Of a DNA stretch of 64,000 nt, positions 10,801 through 20,340 are shown one piece after another. The DNA lies in the NCBI GenBank assembly GCA_963828395.1, contig CAWHED010000004.1, positions 98,899-162,898 on the forward strand, written 5' to 3'. Each line of letters opens with the position of its first letter. Positions within the stretch are counted from its first letter, which is position 1. Source of the stretch: an uncultured Bacteroidales bacterium (GTDB lineage: Bacteria > Bacteroidota > Bacteroidia > Bacteroidales > VadinHA17). Below the pieces are notes generated by a model. It saw only the letters and a list, made by a program, of their open reading frames with translations, was not told where the DNA came from and searched no databases. The translations under genes and the position numbers were made by a program.

Positions 10801-12398
10801 ATTACCAGTTCTTCCCTGATAGGATCAATCGGAGGATTGGTCACCTGTGCGAAATGCTGCTTGAAATAATTAAAAAGACGGTAAGGCTTTTCTGACAGCA
10901 CGGCTAATGGTACATCATTTCCCATCGAACTTATCGGTTCCTTGCCGGTTGCAGCCATCTCCCTGATTATCTTGTCTATATCTTCCCCGGAGTAATTGAA
11001 TGATATAATATATTTTTCATAAACAGGCCCAATTTCCGGGGTTTCAAGATGTCCGGTCTCAATCTCCTCAAGGTTTACCATGTTCTGCTTAATCCACTTC
11101 CCGTAAGGAAACTCCCCCGCCAGCTTTTCTTTCAATTCCCCGTCGTACCAGATCTTCCCTTCCTTAGTATCAACCAGCATCATCTTGCCTGGCCTCAGCC
11201 TTCCTTTTTCCTGTATCAGTTCAGGCGGAAATGTCAGTACTCCTGCTTCTGATCCCATTACTATCAGGCCGGTAGTCGTTATTAAATATCTTGAAGGTCT
11301 GAGCCCGTTCCGGTCAAGCATGCCACCGATATACCTCCCGTCAGAGACGATCAGTGAAGCCGGTCCGTCCCATGGCTCCATGATAGTTGAATAATAATGA
11401 TAGAAGTCACGCAGCTCAGCCGGAATGGGATTCTTGGCGTTGATTGATTCGGGAATTAAAATTGCCATTGCATAAGGCAGACTCTTGCCGCTCATGATAA
11501 GGAACTCAAGCACATTATCGAGTGAGGCTGAATCGCTTTTATCTGGTTCTATAAGAGGGTAAATCCTGGAGAGATCACCAAGTTTTTCCGATCTCAGGAT
11601 AGATTCTCTGGCTTCCATCCATAGCCTGTTTCCTCTTATGGTATTGATCTCCCCGTTATGTCCCAGGAAGCGGAAGGGCTGGGCCAGATCCCAGCTCGGG
11701 AAGGTGTTTGTGCTGAACCTTGAATGTACCATGGCGATAGCACTTTGCATCCGCTCATCAGTAAGGTCAGAATAATAATCCCTTAGCTGGACAGAGGTGA
11801 GCATACCCTTATAAACAAGCACGCGTGATGACAGGCTGGGAATATAAAAGAAGTTTTTTTGTCTCAGGTCAGACTCACGTACTGCCTTTTCAACCCGTTT
11901 CCTGATGATATATAATGTTCGTTCCAGATCCTCCTGCTGAAGGTCTGCCTTGATGAATACCTGTTTGATATAAGGCTCTGTTGCCCCTGATATATCACCC
12001 AGAACCGAATTATCGCGAGGCACTTCCCTGTAACCAATAATAGTCGCTCCTTCTTCGGAAGTAATTGACTCCAGCAATTCCTCACATCTCGCGGAATCCT
12101 CCCTTTCCTGAGGAAGGAAGATTAATCCCGTACCGTACTTGCCTTCCCCGGGCAGATTATAACCCTGGATAAGATAAAAATCGCGGGGCACCTGTATCAT
12201 AATTCCGGCACCATCACCCGTCTTTCTGTCGGCGCCCTCAGCACCTCTGTGAGTCATGTTCCTGAGTATGTCAAGGCCCTGACTTATGATTGTGTGAGAT
12301 TTCTCCCCCTTAAGATGAGCCACAAAACCTATCCCGCAGCTTCCGTGCTCAAAATCTGATCTGTATAATCCCTGTTCAAGTGGTCGTTCTGTTCTCAT
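7869..12398 (-). CDS. gltB: Glutamate synthase large subunit
   Basis: 1509 aa. N-terminal amidotransferase Cys (EHGSCGIGFVAHLKG), the FMN/Fe-S central domain and the GXGXG C-terminal domain (GTGNHCCEYMTGG) are all present. Confidence 0.95.
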   Translation of the reverse strand: MRTERPLEQGLYRSDFEHGSCGIGFVAHLKGEKSHTIISQGLDILRNMTHRGAEGADRKTGDGAGIMIQVPRDFYLIQGYNLPGEGKYGTGLIFLPQEREDSARCEELLESITSEEGATIIGYREVPRDNSVLGDISGATEPYIKQVFIKADLQQEDLERTLYIIRKRVEKAVRESDLRQKNFFYIPSLSSRVLVYKGMLTSVQLRDYYSDLTDERMQSAIAMVHSRFSTNTFPSWDLAQPFRFLGHNGEINTIRGNRLWMEARESILRSEKLGDLSRIYPLIEPDKSDSASLDNVLEFLIMSGKSLPYAMAILIPESINAKNPIPAELRDFYHYYSTIMEPWDGPASLIVSDGRYIGGMLDRNGLRPSRYLITTTGLIVMGSEAGVLTFPPELIQEKGRLRPGKMMLVDTKEGKIWYDGELKEKLAGEFPYGKWIKQNMVNLEEIETGHLETPEIGPVYEKYIISFNYSGEDIDKIIREMAATGKEPISSMGNDVPLAVLSEKPYRLFNYFKQHFAQVTNPPIDPIREELVMTLSGYLGSLQQNLLDESPDHVKMVRFRNPVISNTYFQIVKNLRYKGFSAAELKMHFNAGKGAEGLRYAIDQLCLDAEKAVDEGKNYIILSDRGIDENKAPVPSLMAVSAVHHHLIKKRKRMQIDIVVESAEPREVMHFALLFGYGASIINPYMVFAIIDRMVKEKAIQLDYQKAEENYINSIQKGLLKIMSKMGISTLRSYRSSQIFEAVGIHPDVIDRYFEGTASRIGGIGLGEIAEEVLIPHRHAFAEKPAEDILTEGVYSYRRNGEMHAWNPEVIAHLQWSTGTGDRSIFRAYTEKANRDTARPLFIRGLVKIRKNQIPLEEVEPAENIMRRFVTGAMSYGSISREAHECLAIAMNRIGGRSNTGEGGEDPARFIPREDGTSVRSAIKQIASGRFGVTTEYLVNADEIQIKIAQGAKPGEGGQLPGHKVDNIIAKTRYSIPGITLISPPPHHDIYSIEDLAQLIFDLRNVNPRAKISVKLVSETGVGTIAAGVTKAGADLITISGFEGGTGASPASSIKHAGLPVEMGVAETQQTLVMNNLRRKVILQADGQLKTGRDVIIMALLGAEEFGFATAALIVFGCVMMRKCHLNTCPTGVATQNPELRKRFSGKADNLVTFFRFLAEDVREHLAEMGFRKLDDIIGRSDLLERDPEINHWKTKNIDLTSLLRIPDEARVNPVYCTERNINKVGEVLDLSLLDEAEKAISEKSPVVICRSIRNTDRATGAMLSGRIAERYGSSGLPEGTINCRFTGSAGQSFGAFLTAGTEFCLEGESNDYLGKGLSGGRIIVMPPQGSLFEADRNTIIGNTVLYGATAGEAFISGVAGERFAVRNSGAVAVVEGTGNHCCEYMTGGRVVVLGKTGSNFAAGMSGGIAYVFDEDGDFDYYCNMGMVELSLVEDNRDIDELTSMIASHYRYTGSKKAKMILDDPVKFIPGFIKVTPYDYKKVLEEQKLEEIKRKLANVEMDVEMGAGY

Positions 12399-12424
12399 TC
12401 CTGATGAATGTGCTATTTAAAACT

Positions 12425-12455
12425 AAAAAACCGCCCTCTGTTTTCCTGAGAACGG
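12425..12455 (-). promoter_or_regulatory. Intrinsic-terminator-like hairpin plus U6 inside the gltB 5' leader (candidate attenuator)
   Basis: Minus-strand RNA reads CCGUUCUC-AGGAAAACA-GAGGGCGG-UUUUUU: an 8-bp stem with two G.U pairs. The plus-strand equivalent would have A-C mismatches. It ends about 27 nt upstream of the gltB ATG. Confidence 0.4.
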
Positions 12456-12721
12456 TTATATTAATTCCTGCATCAATATACCATTCTCATCCGGATGTGT
12501 TCATCCTTGAAATGCCGTTTAGTGATAATGATGAAAGAATTTTGATCATTTATTAACCATCCGGGGCAAAAATATTAATTTATATGATGAAAACAGGGCG
12601 GGGTGATAAATATTATAAAATACTTATGAAGAATAAATGAACAATTTTTATTTATGTCGGAAATTTGCAGATCGAATCCTTCAAATCCCAGACACTAAAT
12701 CCTAAATCAATAAATTGTTTA

Positions 12722-14497
12722 CTATTTGATTATCAGCATAGTATGCCTGGTGACATCTTTGCCCTTAACAGATAAAACATATGTACCGGGTCTCAATAAG
12801 TCATTCCCCTGTATCGAAATGCCTGCTGCTTTACCTTCCTGTATCCGGATCTTTTCAACATAGATAAGCTGTCCGGCAATATTTGTGATTGACATTAATG
12901 CGTCCCCGCCTGCCCAGTCGCTGCTGAATGTAATATGCAACTGATCTCCGGTTGCGGGATTGGGATAAACCGAAAAGGTATTCGCGGCTGGCAGATCGTC
13001 AATTCCTGTCTGTAAGGTACCGAATACTTCGAATTCATAAATTGAATTCCCGTACTGGGTGGTTCTGGCAGTTGATAACATCCTGATATATCTGGCTGTT
13101 GCAGTGAATGAAAAATTATCTGTTCCCCCGTCGCCGCCGGTCGTTGAAAATACCCGTGTCCAGGTAGTCGCGTTGTTTGAAACCTGAATTTCAAAATTCT
13201 TTGCTGCGGCTGCCTCCCAGAAAATTCTTGCACCTGTGATATTGTAAGCAGACTGAAGATCAATTCTTATCCATTGCGGGTCGGAAAACGCTGATGACCA
13301 TCGGCTGCTTTTATTTCCGTCGTTTACAGCTGAGGCTGGTGTTGATGCACTTTCCACGGATGATGCTGAAGCCGGTTTATTGAGAGCTATATTTGGAGGA
13401 CCCACAATTACCGAAACTTCATCATAATCGGTTTTGCCTCCGGCAGTCACTGTAATCCTGAATGTATAGGTGCCGGCGACAAGATCTGAAACAACAGGCC
13501 CGGTAACTGCTGTACTGCTGAAGGTGGCTGTGTTTGGCCCGCTTACCTGGGTCCAGACTATGGATGGTGCATCTCCGTTTGCGTCATATACTGATCCGTT
13601 AAGGATTGTGCTTGAAGCAGGCTGATTTATAAATATGTCCATTCCCGCCATTGTTACCGGCGGCAGATCAGAAGTCATTCCCTGAAACGCCATACCGGCA
13701 TAAAGCTGCCCGAGTTTTGTCAGAGCACCGTTTGCTCCGAGAAGACTAATATCCGGATTAATGCCAACCCTTGTGGCAAACCATGAATATCTGAAAACAA
13801 TCGGGTCGTTTTCAAGTATCGGAATGGCTTCCTTCATGTATTTCACGACGCCATCAAAATCGGGCTTTGGCGGGTCCCATGGAGCAAACTCGGTGATCCA
13901 GAGAGGCTTGTTGTATTTCCTGAATTTATCTAAATAGTTGCTCAGGGCTGCTGAGCCCGGGGCATAGCTGTGAATGGCAATATAGTCGACTTTGCAGTCC
14001 GGACAGGCAGCAAAGAATTTATCGAGCCAGTCAACCGGATCATTGGTCACTCCATCCACACAATCACCGCACCAGTTTACGGCAGGACTTACAAGTTGCA
14101 GTCCTTTATCGGCAGCAATTTTTTCAAGATTTGGCCACATTGAAGCAGCCTGGGCAGGTGTAATGTTTGCCTGCGACATAAAGTTAGGTTCGTTAAATCC
14201 GAGGAGATACCCGCTTCCTGCCGGTATCCTGGCTTCAATCCCTGCCACATCGCCCGCATACACGGCACCCCAGCACATCGGCACCCATTCGATCCCTGAC
14301 AGTTGTCCCTGTGACATGGCGGGTGGTTCCACTCCCCAGTCGTAATACCATGTAACAGACGGAGCCAATATGACCAGGTCCTGTGGTGAAGCATCGCCGC
14401 ATATACCACGTTTCGGGCTTTTGGCCTGACCAGATACATAACCTGTGAGGCCAACAAATAAAGCTATTGATACTAGTAACAACCGCCCTGTCTTCAT
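12722..14497 (-). CDS. Secreted glycoside hydrolase (Glyco_hydro_cc/GH128-like core) with PKD-like, F5/8 type C (discoidin) and T9SS C-terminal sorting domains
   Basis: The KRGICGD..WYYDWG..LLGFNEPN..WITEFA core, a PKD-like segment (VWTQVSGPNTATF..GTYTFRITVT), a discoidin segment (ALNKPASASS..NDGNKSSRWSS..WIRIDL) and the tail FSVYPNPATGDQLHITF...LIIK. Start taken at MKTGRLLLV (ATG at 14497). Confidence 0.8.
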   Translation of the reverse strand: MKTGRLLLVSIALFVGLTGYVSGQAKSPKRGICGDASPQDLVILAPSVTWYYDWGVEPPAMSQGQLSGIEWVPMCWGAVYAGDVAGIEARIPAGSGYLLGFNEPNFMSQANITPAQAASMWPNLEKIAADKGLQLVSPAVNWCGDCVDGVTNDPVDWLDKFFAACPDCKVDYIAIHSYAPGSAALSNYLDKFRKYNKPLWITEFAPWDPPKPDFDGVVKYMKEAIPILENDPIVFRYSWFATRVGINPDISLLGANGALTKLGQLYAGMAFQGMTSDLPPVTMAGMDIFINQPASSTILNGSVYDANGDAPSIVWTQVSGPNTATFSSTAVTGPVVSDLVAGTYTFRITVTAGGKTDYDEVSVIVGPPNIALNKPASASSVESASTPASAVNDGNKSSRWSSAFSDPQWIRIDLQSAYNITGARIFWEAAAAKNFEIQVSNNATTWTRVFSTTGGDGGTDNFSFTATARYIRMLSTARTTQYGNSIYEFEVFGTLQTGIDDLPAANTFSVYPNPATGDQLHITFSSDWAGGDALMSITNIAGQLIYVEKIRIQEGKAAGISIQGNDLLRPGTYVLSVKGKDVTRHTMLIIK

Positions 14498-14574
14498 ATT
14501 TCTACATCCCTGTTCAGTCCTCAATTGCAAATCGCAAATCCTCAGTGCCGATTGCCTGTTGTCTGTAGTCTGAC

Positions 14575-15201
14575 CTAAACCCTCAGGCCTGACCTTCTAA
14601 GCTCCTGCCTTAGATGTTCCGCCGTTTGAAAGTGTATCGAATGAAATCCCAGCTCCGCGGCTGCGTCAGCGTTGGCTTTGTTGTCGTCAATATAAACTGA
14701 CTCGGCAGGATTAACATTATACCTGCTCATCAGCACCCTGTAAATGGCATGATCGGGCTTGAGAAGCTTCTCATACCCCGAAACCACAATGCCGTCAAAC
14801 TGTTTCATGAAACCATAGCGTTCGTAAGCAACCGGAAAAGCTTCATGCGACCAGTTTGAAAGAGCGTAGACGGGCATTCCGGCCGATTTAAGCTCATTTA
14901 AGATCTTCACCGTATCCATGAGCTCCCCGCCAAGCATCTCCTCCCAGCGGCCGTAATAAAGGGCAATTTTATCACTGTACTCAGGGTATCTGGCCGAGAG
15001 CTCGGCAGTGGCTTCGCTGAAAAGCTTGCCGCCGTCCTGCTGAACATTCCATTCATAGGTACAAATATTGGACAGGAACCACTCCATCTCCTCTTCACTT
15101 TTAAAGATCTTGCGGAACATATACCTGGGGTTCCAGTCTAAAAGGACGCCCCCGATGTCAAATACAACGGATTTAATATTGCTCATAGTTTCGGAAATCA
15201 A
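14575..15201 (-). CDS. HAD-superfamily hydrolase (YihX-like subfamily IA)
   Basis: Motif I variant VVFDIGGVLLDW, a cap region and a distal YIDDNKANADAA motif. The start could instead be MSNIKS at 15186. Confidence 0.8.
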   Translation of the reverse strand: MISETMSNIKSVVFDIGGVLLDWNPRYMFRKIFKSEEEMEWFLSNICTYEWNVQQDGGKLFSEATAELSARYPEYSDKIALYYGRWEEMLGGELMDTVKILNELKSAGMPVYALSNWSHEAFPVAYERYGFMKQFDGIVVSGYEKLLKPDHAIYRVLMSRYNVNPAESVYIDDNKANADAAAELGFHSIHFQTAEHLRQELRRSGLRV

Positions 15202-15214
15202 AGCGCAATATTAG

Positions 15215-16063
15215 CTATAAATTCTCAGGATTAAACGCCACCTGGGCTTTCCCGGATGCACATACACGGGCATTGGCGTAATGTTCATATGGCTTCGACT
15301 GGCATGTTCCGTCAAGGATAGACTTAACACAGGCAACCTGGTCGAGGACGAATTCAGCCGGCATGGGATCTCCATGACCGGGAAAAATAGTTGTGAATTC
15401 GCTCATTCTCTCCATCTGTTTCTCGAGTGTTGCCAGGTATTTGCTCAGCGGCAGGCACCCCGGCAACCAGAGCCATACCAGGCCATTGTTGTTGTCGCCA
15501 GCAAAAAGAAGCTTGTCACTGATATCCAGGAGGCAGATACTGCCGGGAGTATGCCCGGGGGTTTCGATTACCTTTATCCACCGGTCGCCCAGGTTGAAAA
15601 GGTCGCCATCTGTTACCGGTATCAGCAAAGTATTAAAATGCTTGCCTTTAAACCGCTCCCCGTCCTGTGGTTTTTCAGTCTCAGGAAGATTTTCCAGCAT
15701 TGATTTCGCCCGTTCGGACGTACCTGAGGCAGCCGCAGCTTCAAGGTCAGCCTCATGGATATAAACTTTTTCAAACTGGTAGTTGGCTCCGGTGTGATCG
15801 CCATGACCGTGGGTGTTCACAACGATCAGAGGCTTGTCCGTCATCTTCCGGATCTGTCCTGCCAGGTCGGCAGCACCATTCCCGGTATCAACAACCAGAG
15901 CACTGTCGTGACCGATGACAAGGTAAATATTCGGACCCCTGTCATTAATCTGCCAGACGTCCTTTGCAACCTCTTTAACCGAGAACCATGATGAATCATG
16001 CTGACATACAGCCATGGATGGAAAAAGGACCAGTGCGGTTAATAATAAAAATGCATTCTTCAT
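15215..16063 (-). CDS. Exported MBL-fold metallo-hydrolase
   Basis: Signal peptide, then VVNTHGHGDHTG (HxHxDH) and ETPGHTPGS. Confidence 0.85.
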   Translation of the reverse strand: MKNAFLLLTALVLFPSMAVCQHDSSWFSVKEVAKDVWQINDRGPNIYLVIGHDSALVVDTGNGAADLAGQIRKMTDKPLIVVNTHGHGDHTGANYQFEKVYIHEADLEAAAASGTSERAKSMLENLPETEKPQDGERFKGKHFNTLLIPVTDGDLFNLGDRWIKVIETPGHTPGSICLLDISDKLLFAGDNNNGLVWLWLPGCLPLSKYLATLEKQMERMSEFTTIFPGHGDPMPAEFVLDQVACVKSILDGTCQSKPYEHYANARVCASGKAQVAFNPENL

Positions 16064-16093
16064 TTCTGATCGTAGTTTTAGCTTAATTATGAC

Positions 16094-17809
16094 TTATTGT
16101 TGATTAACGGTAACAGCTCCCGAACTTTTGAGTGTTTCGATTGCTGCTGCAGGTATTTTCCAGTAATTGTCAAAAAGGCCCTGTGACACAATATTATCCG
16201 GGCTCTCCCTGAAGAGTATAAAATCCTGAAATTTCTTAAGGACCTCTACTTTTGAGCCCTGGAAGGCATAACCGGTCTGACTGGCAGTATTTTTCGGAGT
16301 TGTCCACCATGAAAGTCCCGAATTGACAAGAATATAATGCCGGTTCATCGGGAAAATATAGACCAGGCCATAACCTGAGGCATCAGCATTGAGATGCAGC
16401 GGAAGATTATCGGCAAATTTTTCAATTATTGCATTGGTCTCCCGGTTACCGAAGAGTATAAGGTTGGATGTCACATAGTCACTTTGTCTTATCTCCTTGT
16501 CTGAGATCACTCTCGGGAAGACCATTATCCGGCCGCCCATTCCTGACCAGTCGGCAGCGGCAGCTGCCTGTTCCCTTCTGGCATTCAGTTCCTCCTGTGA
16601 AGGATTGCCTCCCGTACCGTAGACATAAATGTGGCTGCTGCTAACTGCAGCATAAAGAGGACCTTCGGCACCGGGTTGCTTGGAGGTAAGGCCGGGAGTG
16701 AATTTCCTGTTTGCCCATGATCCGCCCGATTTCATAAAGGATATTGCACCGGCACTCCTTACGGAAAAGGATTTGCCATCAACCTTCACTGTTACCTTTT
16801 TTTCGGCATTAAAAAGCGGATGGCCTGACAGGTGCAGGGTAAACGCACCAAGTCCTGCGCTGGTTACTTCAACGTTATTGCCGGCGGTGAACCGTGCATC
16901 AATAGTTGCCATGGTGCCGGGAACCAGGTCGTCAAATGTCACCCAGTAAGCCTTATTGTATTTAAACCATTTGGAACTGAATTTGACTTGCTCCGGGAAC
17001 ATGTCTCTTTTGAACTGTGAGAACCACTCAAATATGAATCCATCCTTATATGCCCATTCCCAGCTGTTATGGCCGACACCGGGGTATTCCACATAGTCAA
17101 GTTTTTGTGCAGTTGTTTCCAGCTTTGCCTTCCACTCTGATGCTGTTTTGTAAAGAAAGTCTTTGTCCCCGATGAAAAGATGAACCGGCATGTTCAGGGC
17201 ATTTCCGGCAAGATCAATGGTTCCTTCCGGCGGGGCAGGACAGACAGGGGCAATAGCTGCCCAGACATCCGGACGGGTCATTCCCAGCCAAAGGGTGCCG
17301 CCCCCGCCCATGGAAAGTCCGGTCAGATAGATCCGGTCTTCATCAATCAAAAAGCGCGACTTAAGATCATCGAGCATCTCATATACATCCTGTTCGGGAA
17401 TGCCCTGGTAGCCGGCCGTACCCCTGGCATAAGGCGCCGCAGCTATGTAATCGACAGGCTTAAATACCGGCCAGTACCTTGTAGACTCAACATCTGTCTC
17501 GAACGGCACGTTGCCGGGCTTAATGAAATCATATCCCTGGCTGTTGCCGACACCAAACAGGCGTCTCAGCCCAAGCCGGTGGTTTGACCATGCCCCGTGC
17601 AGGAAGATAACCAGCGGATAAGTCTTATTCTCGTCAAAGTTTTCCGGAATATATACTGCGTAAGGCTGATCTCTCTCATCTGCCGACGAGAAGAATGAGA
17701 GGTCCTGGGGCCCCGGTTTTAGTTTCTGCGCAATTGCATAATCTGAATTAAATGCGAATAAAACTGCTGTCAGAATGAGTAACTGACAGATTGGTCTGAA
17801 GGATTTCAT
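16094..17809 (-). CDS. Exported alpha/beta hydrolase (esterase/peptidase S9-like) with C-terminal extension
   Basis: Signal peptide, YPLVIFLHGAWSNHR, the nucleophile elbow YLTGLSMGGGG, and a late GVGHNSWEW. Confidence 0.7.
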   Translation of the reverse strand: MKSFRPICQLLILTAVLFAFNSDYAIAQKLKPGPQDLSFFSSADERDQPYAVYIPENFDENKTYPLVIFLHGAWSNHRLGLRRLFGVGNSQGYDFIKPGNVPFETDVESTRYWPVFKPVDYIAAAPYARGTAGYQGIPEQDVYEMLDDLKSRFLIDEDRIYLTGLSMGGGGTLWLGMTRPDVWAAIAPVCPAPPEGTIDLAGNALNMPVHLFIGDKDFLYKTASEWKAKLETTAQKLDYVEYPGVGHNSWEWAYKDGFIFEWFSQFKRDMFPEQVKFSSKWFKYNKAYWVTFDDLVPGTMATIDARFTAGNNVEVTSAGLGAFTLHLSGHPLFNAEKKVTVKVDGKSFSVRSAGAISFMKSGGSWANRKFTPGLTSKQPGAEGPLYAAVSSSHIYVYGTGGNPSQEELNARREQAAAAADWSGMGGRIMVFPRVISDKEIRQSDYVTSNLILFGNRETNAIIEKFADNLPLHLNADASGYGLVYIFPMNRHYILVNSGLSWWTTPKNTASQTGYAFQGSKVEVLKKFQDFILFRESPDNIVSQGLFDNYWKIPAAAIETLKSSGAVTVNQQ

Positions 17810-17899
17810 ATCACTGATATTAATGCGGTTAAAAAGTCAAAATGAAAAGTGGTCCTGTGATGCCAGTCCCTGCAAAGCAGACAGGAATCCGCCGGCTGA

Positions 17900-18331
17900 T
17901 CAGACGGGCGTTACTCCTTTTATCAGAATTATGTTTCCGTATTTAGCCGTCTCGCCGGTCATGACAACGGCAAAGGCGTTTTTTGCTCTTTCGTAAAAGG
18001 CGTAGCGGTCAAGCCGTTTTACCTGAAGAAGGCTGGTATTCGTGAGAGAGATACGCTTCAAATATGACATTTCCACCCCGGGATCCAGCTTATCTCCCAC
18101 AACCGGCTCCATCATGATGACAGGGTGAGGCACATAAGTGTCAAGTTCGAACAGAGGAAGCATTGCCTCAAGCAGGTCAGCAATTTGCAGTCCGTCAGCC
18201 CTGATGATTCTCTTGCCAAGGCTCTCGCCCGGGAAGTGTGCATCGGCCAGAACGAGCTCATCACCATGGCCCATCCGTGCCATCACCTCAAGCAGATTGG
18301 GCGAGATAAGAGGAGATATCCCTTTAAGCAT
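17900..18331 (-). CDS. fucU: L-fucose mutarotase (RbsD/FucU family)
   Basis: [34 protein letters not shown] is the characteristic N-terminus. Length 143 aa. Confidence 0.85.
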   Translation of the reverse strand: MLKGISPLISPNLLEVMARMGHGDELVLADAHFPGESLGKRIIRADGLQIADLLEAMLPLFELDTYVPHPVIMMEPVVGDKLDPGVEMSYLKRISLTNTSLLQVKRLDRYAFYERAKNAFAVVMTGETAKYGNIILIKGVTPV

Positions 18332-18414
18332 ATGTTATATTTTACAGCGAGTGAAATTAGTCTATTCCGGACAAAAATCAATATATTTAACGCGCATCCG
18401 TAAATAAACAGATT

Positions 18415-19230
18415 ATGAACAGCAAAGATTTCTTTACACTTACCAATGGAGTCAAAATCCCCGCAATAGGTTTCGGAACATGGCAGATTCCTTCGGGAGA
18501 CGAGGCGTACAATGCAGTCACTGCTGCCCTGAAGCGCGGATACAGGCACATAGACACTGCCCTCGCCTATGGCAACGAGGCAAGTGTCGGGCAGGCCATC
18601 CGTGATTCCGGCATTGACCGCAAACAGATATTTGTCACTTCCAAGCTGCCGGCTGAGGTAAAGAACGATGCCCTGGCACACCGTTATGCTGAAAAAACCA
18701 TCAAGAACATAGGTCTCGACTATATTGATCTCTATCTCATCCATGCCCCCTGGCCGTGGAACGAGATAGGCGCTGACTATACAAAACAGAACATTCAGAT
18801 ATGGAAAGTAATGGAGGAGTTTTACGAAAAGGGCAGCGCCCGCTCGATAGGGATATCCAATTTCAACGTGTCAGATATCAATGCCATACTTGATACCTGC
18901 CGCATCAGACCGATGGTCGATCAGATCAAGTTCCACATCGGACATCAGCAGCAGGAAATAAGGGAGCATTGCACGAAGAATGAAATCCTGGTTGAGGGAT
19001 ACTCGCCTCTTGCCACAGGCAATCTTCTGCATAACACTGCCATTGCCGGCATTGCGAAGAAATACGGCAAAAGCATAGCCCAGCTCTCAATCCGTTATGT
19101 GCTTCAGAAAGGGGCACTGCCTCTTCCCAAATCAACACACCCTGAATTTATAGGACAGAACATTGATGTTGATTTTGAGATCGCAGAAGAGGACATGAAA
19201 TTCCTCGACGGTCTGAAAAGCGCGCAGTAA
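18415..19230 (+). CDS. Aldo/keto reductase (2,5-diketo-D-gluconate reductase-like)
   Basis: IPAIGFGTWQ..GYRHIDTALAYGNE..LDYIDLYLIHAPW..IGISNF. Confidence 0.9.
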   Translation: MNSKDFFTLTNGVKIPAIGFGTWQIPSGDEAYNAVTAALKRGYRHIDTALAYGNEASVGQAIRDSGIDRKQIFVTSKLPAEVKNDALAHRYAEKTIKNIGLDYIDLYLIHAPWPWNEIGADYTKQNIQIWKVMEEFYEKGSARSIGISNFNVSDINAILDTCRIRPMVDQIKFHIGHQQQEIREHCTKNEILVEGYSPLATGNLLHNTAIAGIAKKYGKSIAQLSIRYVLQKGALPLPKSTHPEFIGQNIDVDFEIAEEDMKFLDGLKSAQ

Positions 19231-19243
19231 ATTGAATATGTAA

Positions 19244-19269
19244 CGATCCTTCGGGGATTGCCGTTTTTT
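19244..19269 (+). terminator. Rho-independent terminator after the aldo/keto reductase
   Basis: cgatcc-ttcgg-ggattg stem-loop followed by ccg and T6. Confidence 0.45.
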
Positions 19270-19278
19270 CGTATTTTT

Positions 19279-20268
19279 TCAGGTCCTGGTCCTGGCATTT
19301 TCCAGTTCCCATTTGCTAAATACATTTCGAACCCTGGCTAAAGCGTATGCAGCCGTTTCATATGAATTCTCTCCACGGCCAGCAGGTACTTCTACGTTAT
19401 AATATCCCTGGTAGCCTGCATTCCGAAGATTGTTCATCTTTTCCTCGAGCGGTCCGTCAATTATATTCATTGGGATATGTGTGTGCACAGCAAGTTTGGC
19501 AGCTTCCATATCATATTGATTTCTTTCCTCATCTGTGTTTGCCCCTTTCCATCCTCCGATGTGTATACAGATTCCAAAACCCGGATGGTCAACCGCATCG
19601 TATAGCTTTTTCAGGTTTTTCCATGCACCGGATGGACCCATATGGTTTTCCGCACCTGTTTTGAAGCCATTATCATATGCATACTGGGCATATTCCCTGT
19701 AACGCTTTACGATAAAATCGAATTCTTCATTTGTCCAGTCAGTTCTGCCTTCAGGCATATTGAAACCGGGTCCGGAATCAAAGCGTACAAAACCAACTCC
19801 AAGCATTTTGGCAAGTCTGAGGTGCTCAAGCGCATTCTTGTGATTCAGTTCAGTTCTCTCCGTTTCAAAGGTTATAACATGGCAGCCATCTGCTGCGATA
19901 TTGGGAATGCACAGTTCACGCTCATCAAGGGCCTCTTTGACATTTGCGATCCATCCATCTTCAAAAGGAATATATGTGCCTTTGTCATAACGCTCCCGGA
20001 AATCTTTAAGATGTCCTCCCCAGAGATCCGCAGCATCAAGATTATATCGGTATTTACATGTTTCAAAATAGCCAAAGATATCCTGCATGCCTCTGCTCAC
20101 CAGGCTATTGAAAGTGTAAGACAACATAGAGAGTTTATGTCTCTGGTTGAATGATATGGGTTCTATCGGTTCGGTCTTTGGAACCGCAGCGTTTAAAACT
20201 GAAGGTCCCGTTATGGCTGCTACAGCAGCAACCGTGCTTTTTTTAAGAAATTCACGACGTGTATTCAT
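19279..20268 (-). CDS. Tat-exported xylose-isomerase-like TIM-barrel protein (sugar phosphate isomerase/epimerase family)
   Basis: Twin-arginine leader MNTRREFLKKSTVAAVAAITG. The body matches the AP-endonuclease-2/xylose-isomerase-like TIM-barrel family pattern. Confidence 0.75.
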   Translation of the reverse strand: MNTRREFLKKSTVAAVAAITGPSVLNAAVPKTEPIEPISFNQRHKLSMLSYTFNSLVSRGMQDIFGYFETCKYRYNLDAADLWGGHLKDFRERYDKGTYIPFEDGWIANVKEALDERELCIPNIAADGCHVITFETERTELNHKNALEHLRLAKMLGVGFVRFDSGPGFNMPEGRTDWTNEEFDFIVKRYREYAQYAYDNGFKTGAENHMGPSGAWKNLKKLYDAVDHPGFGICIHIGGWKGANTDEERNQYDMEAAKLAVHTHIPMNIIDGPLEEKMNNLRNAGYQGYYNVEVPAGRGENSYETAAYALARVRNVFSKWELENARTRT

Positions 20269-20340
20269 TTACTTAAGATTTAGGTCAACGATCTCAAATA
20301 TTAATTGTCAGATTTTTACATTTCTCAAAAATCCATCCAT

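Noticed and set aside
12470-12535. Possible 19-codon leader peptide (MIKILSSLSLNGISRMNTSG) inside the gltB leader
   Set aside because: It shows no enrichment for Gln, Glu or other regulatory codons, and I could recognise no ribosome-binding context. The RNA-structure explanation does not require it.
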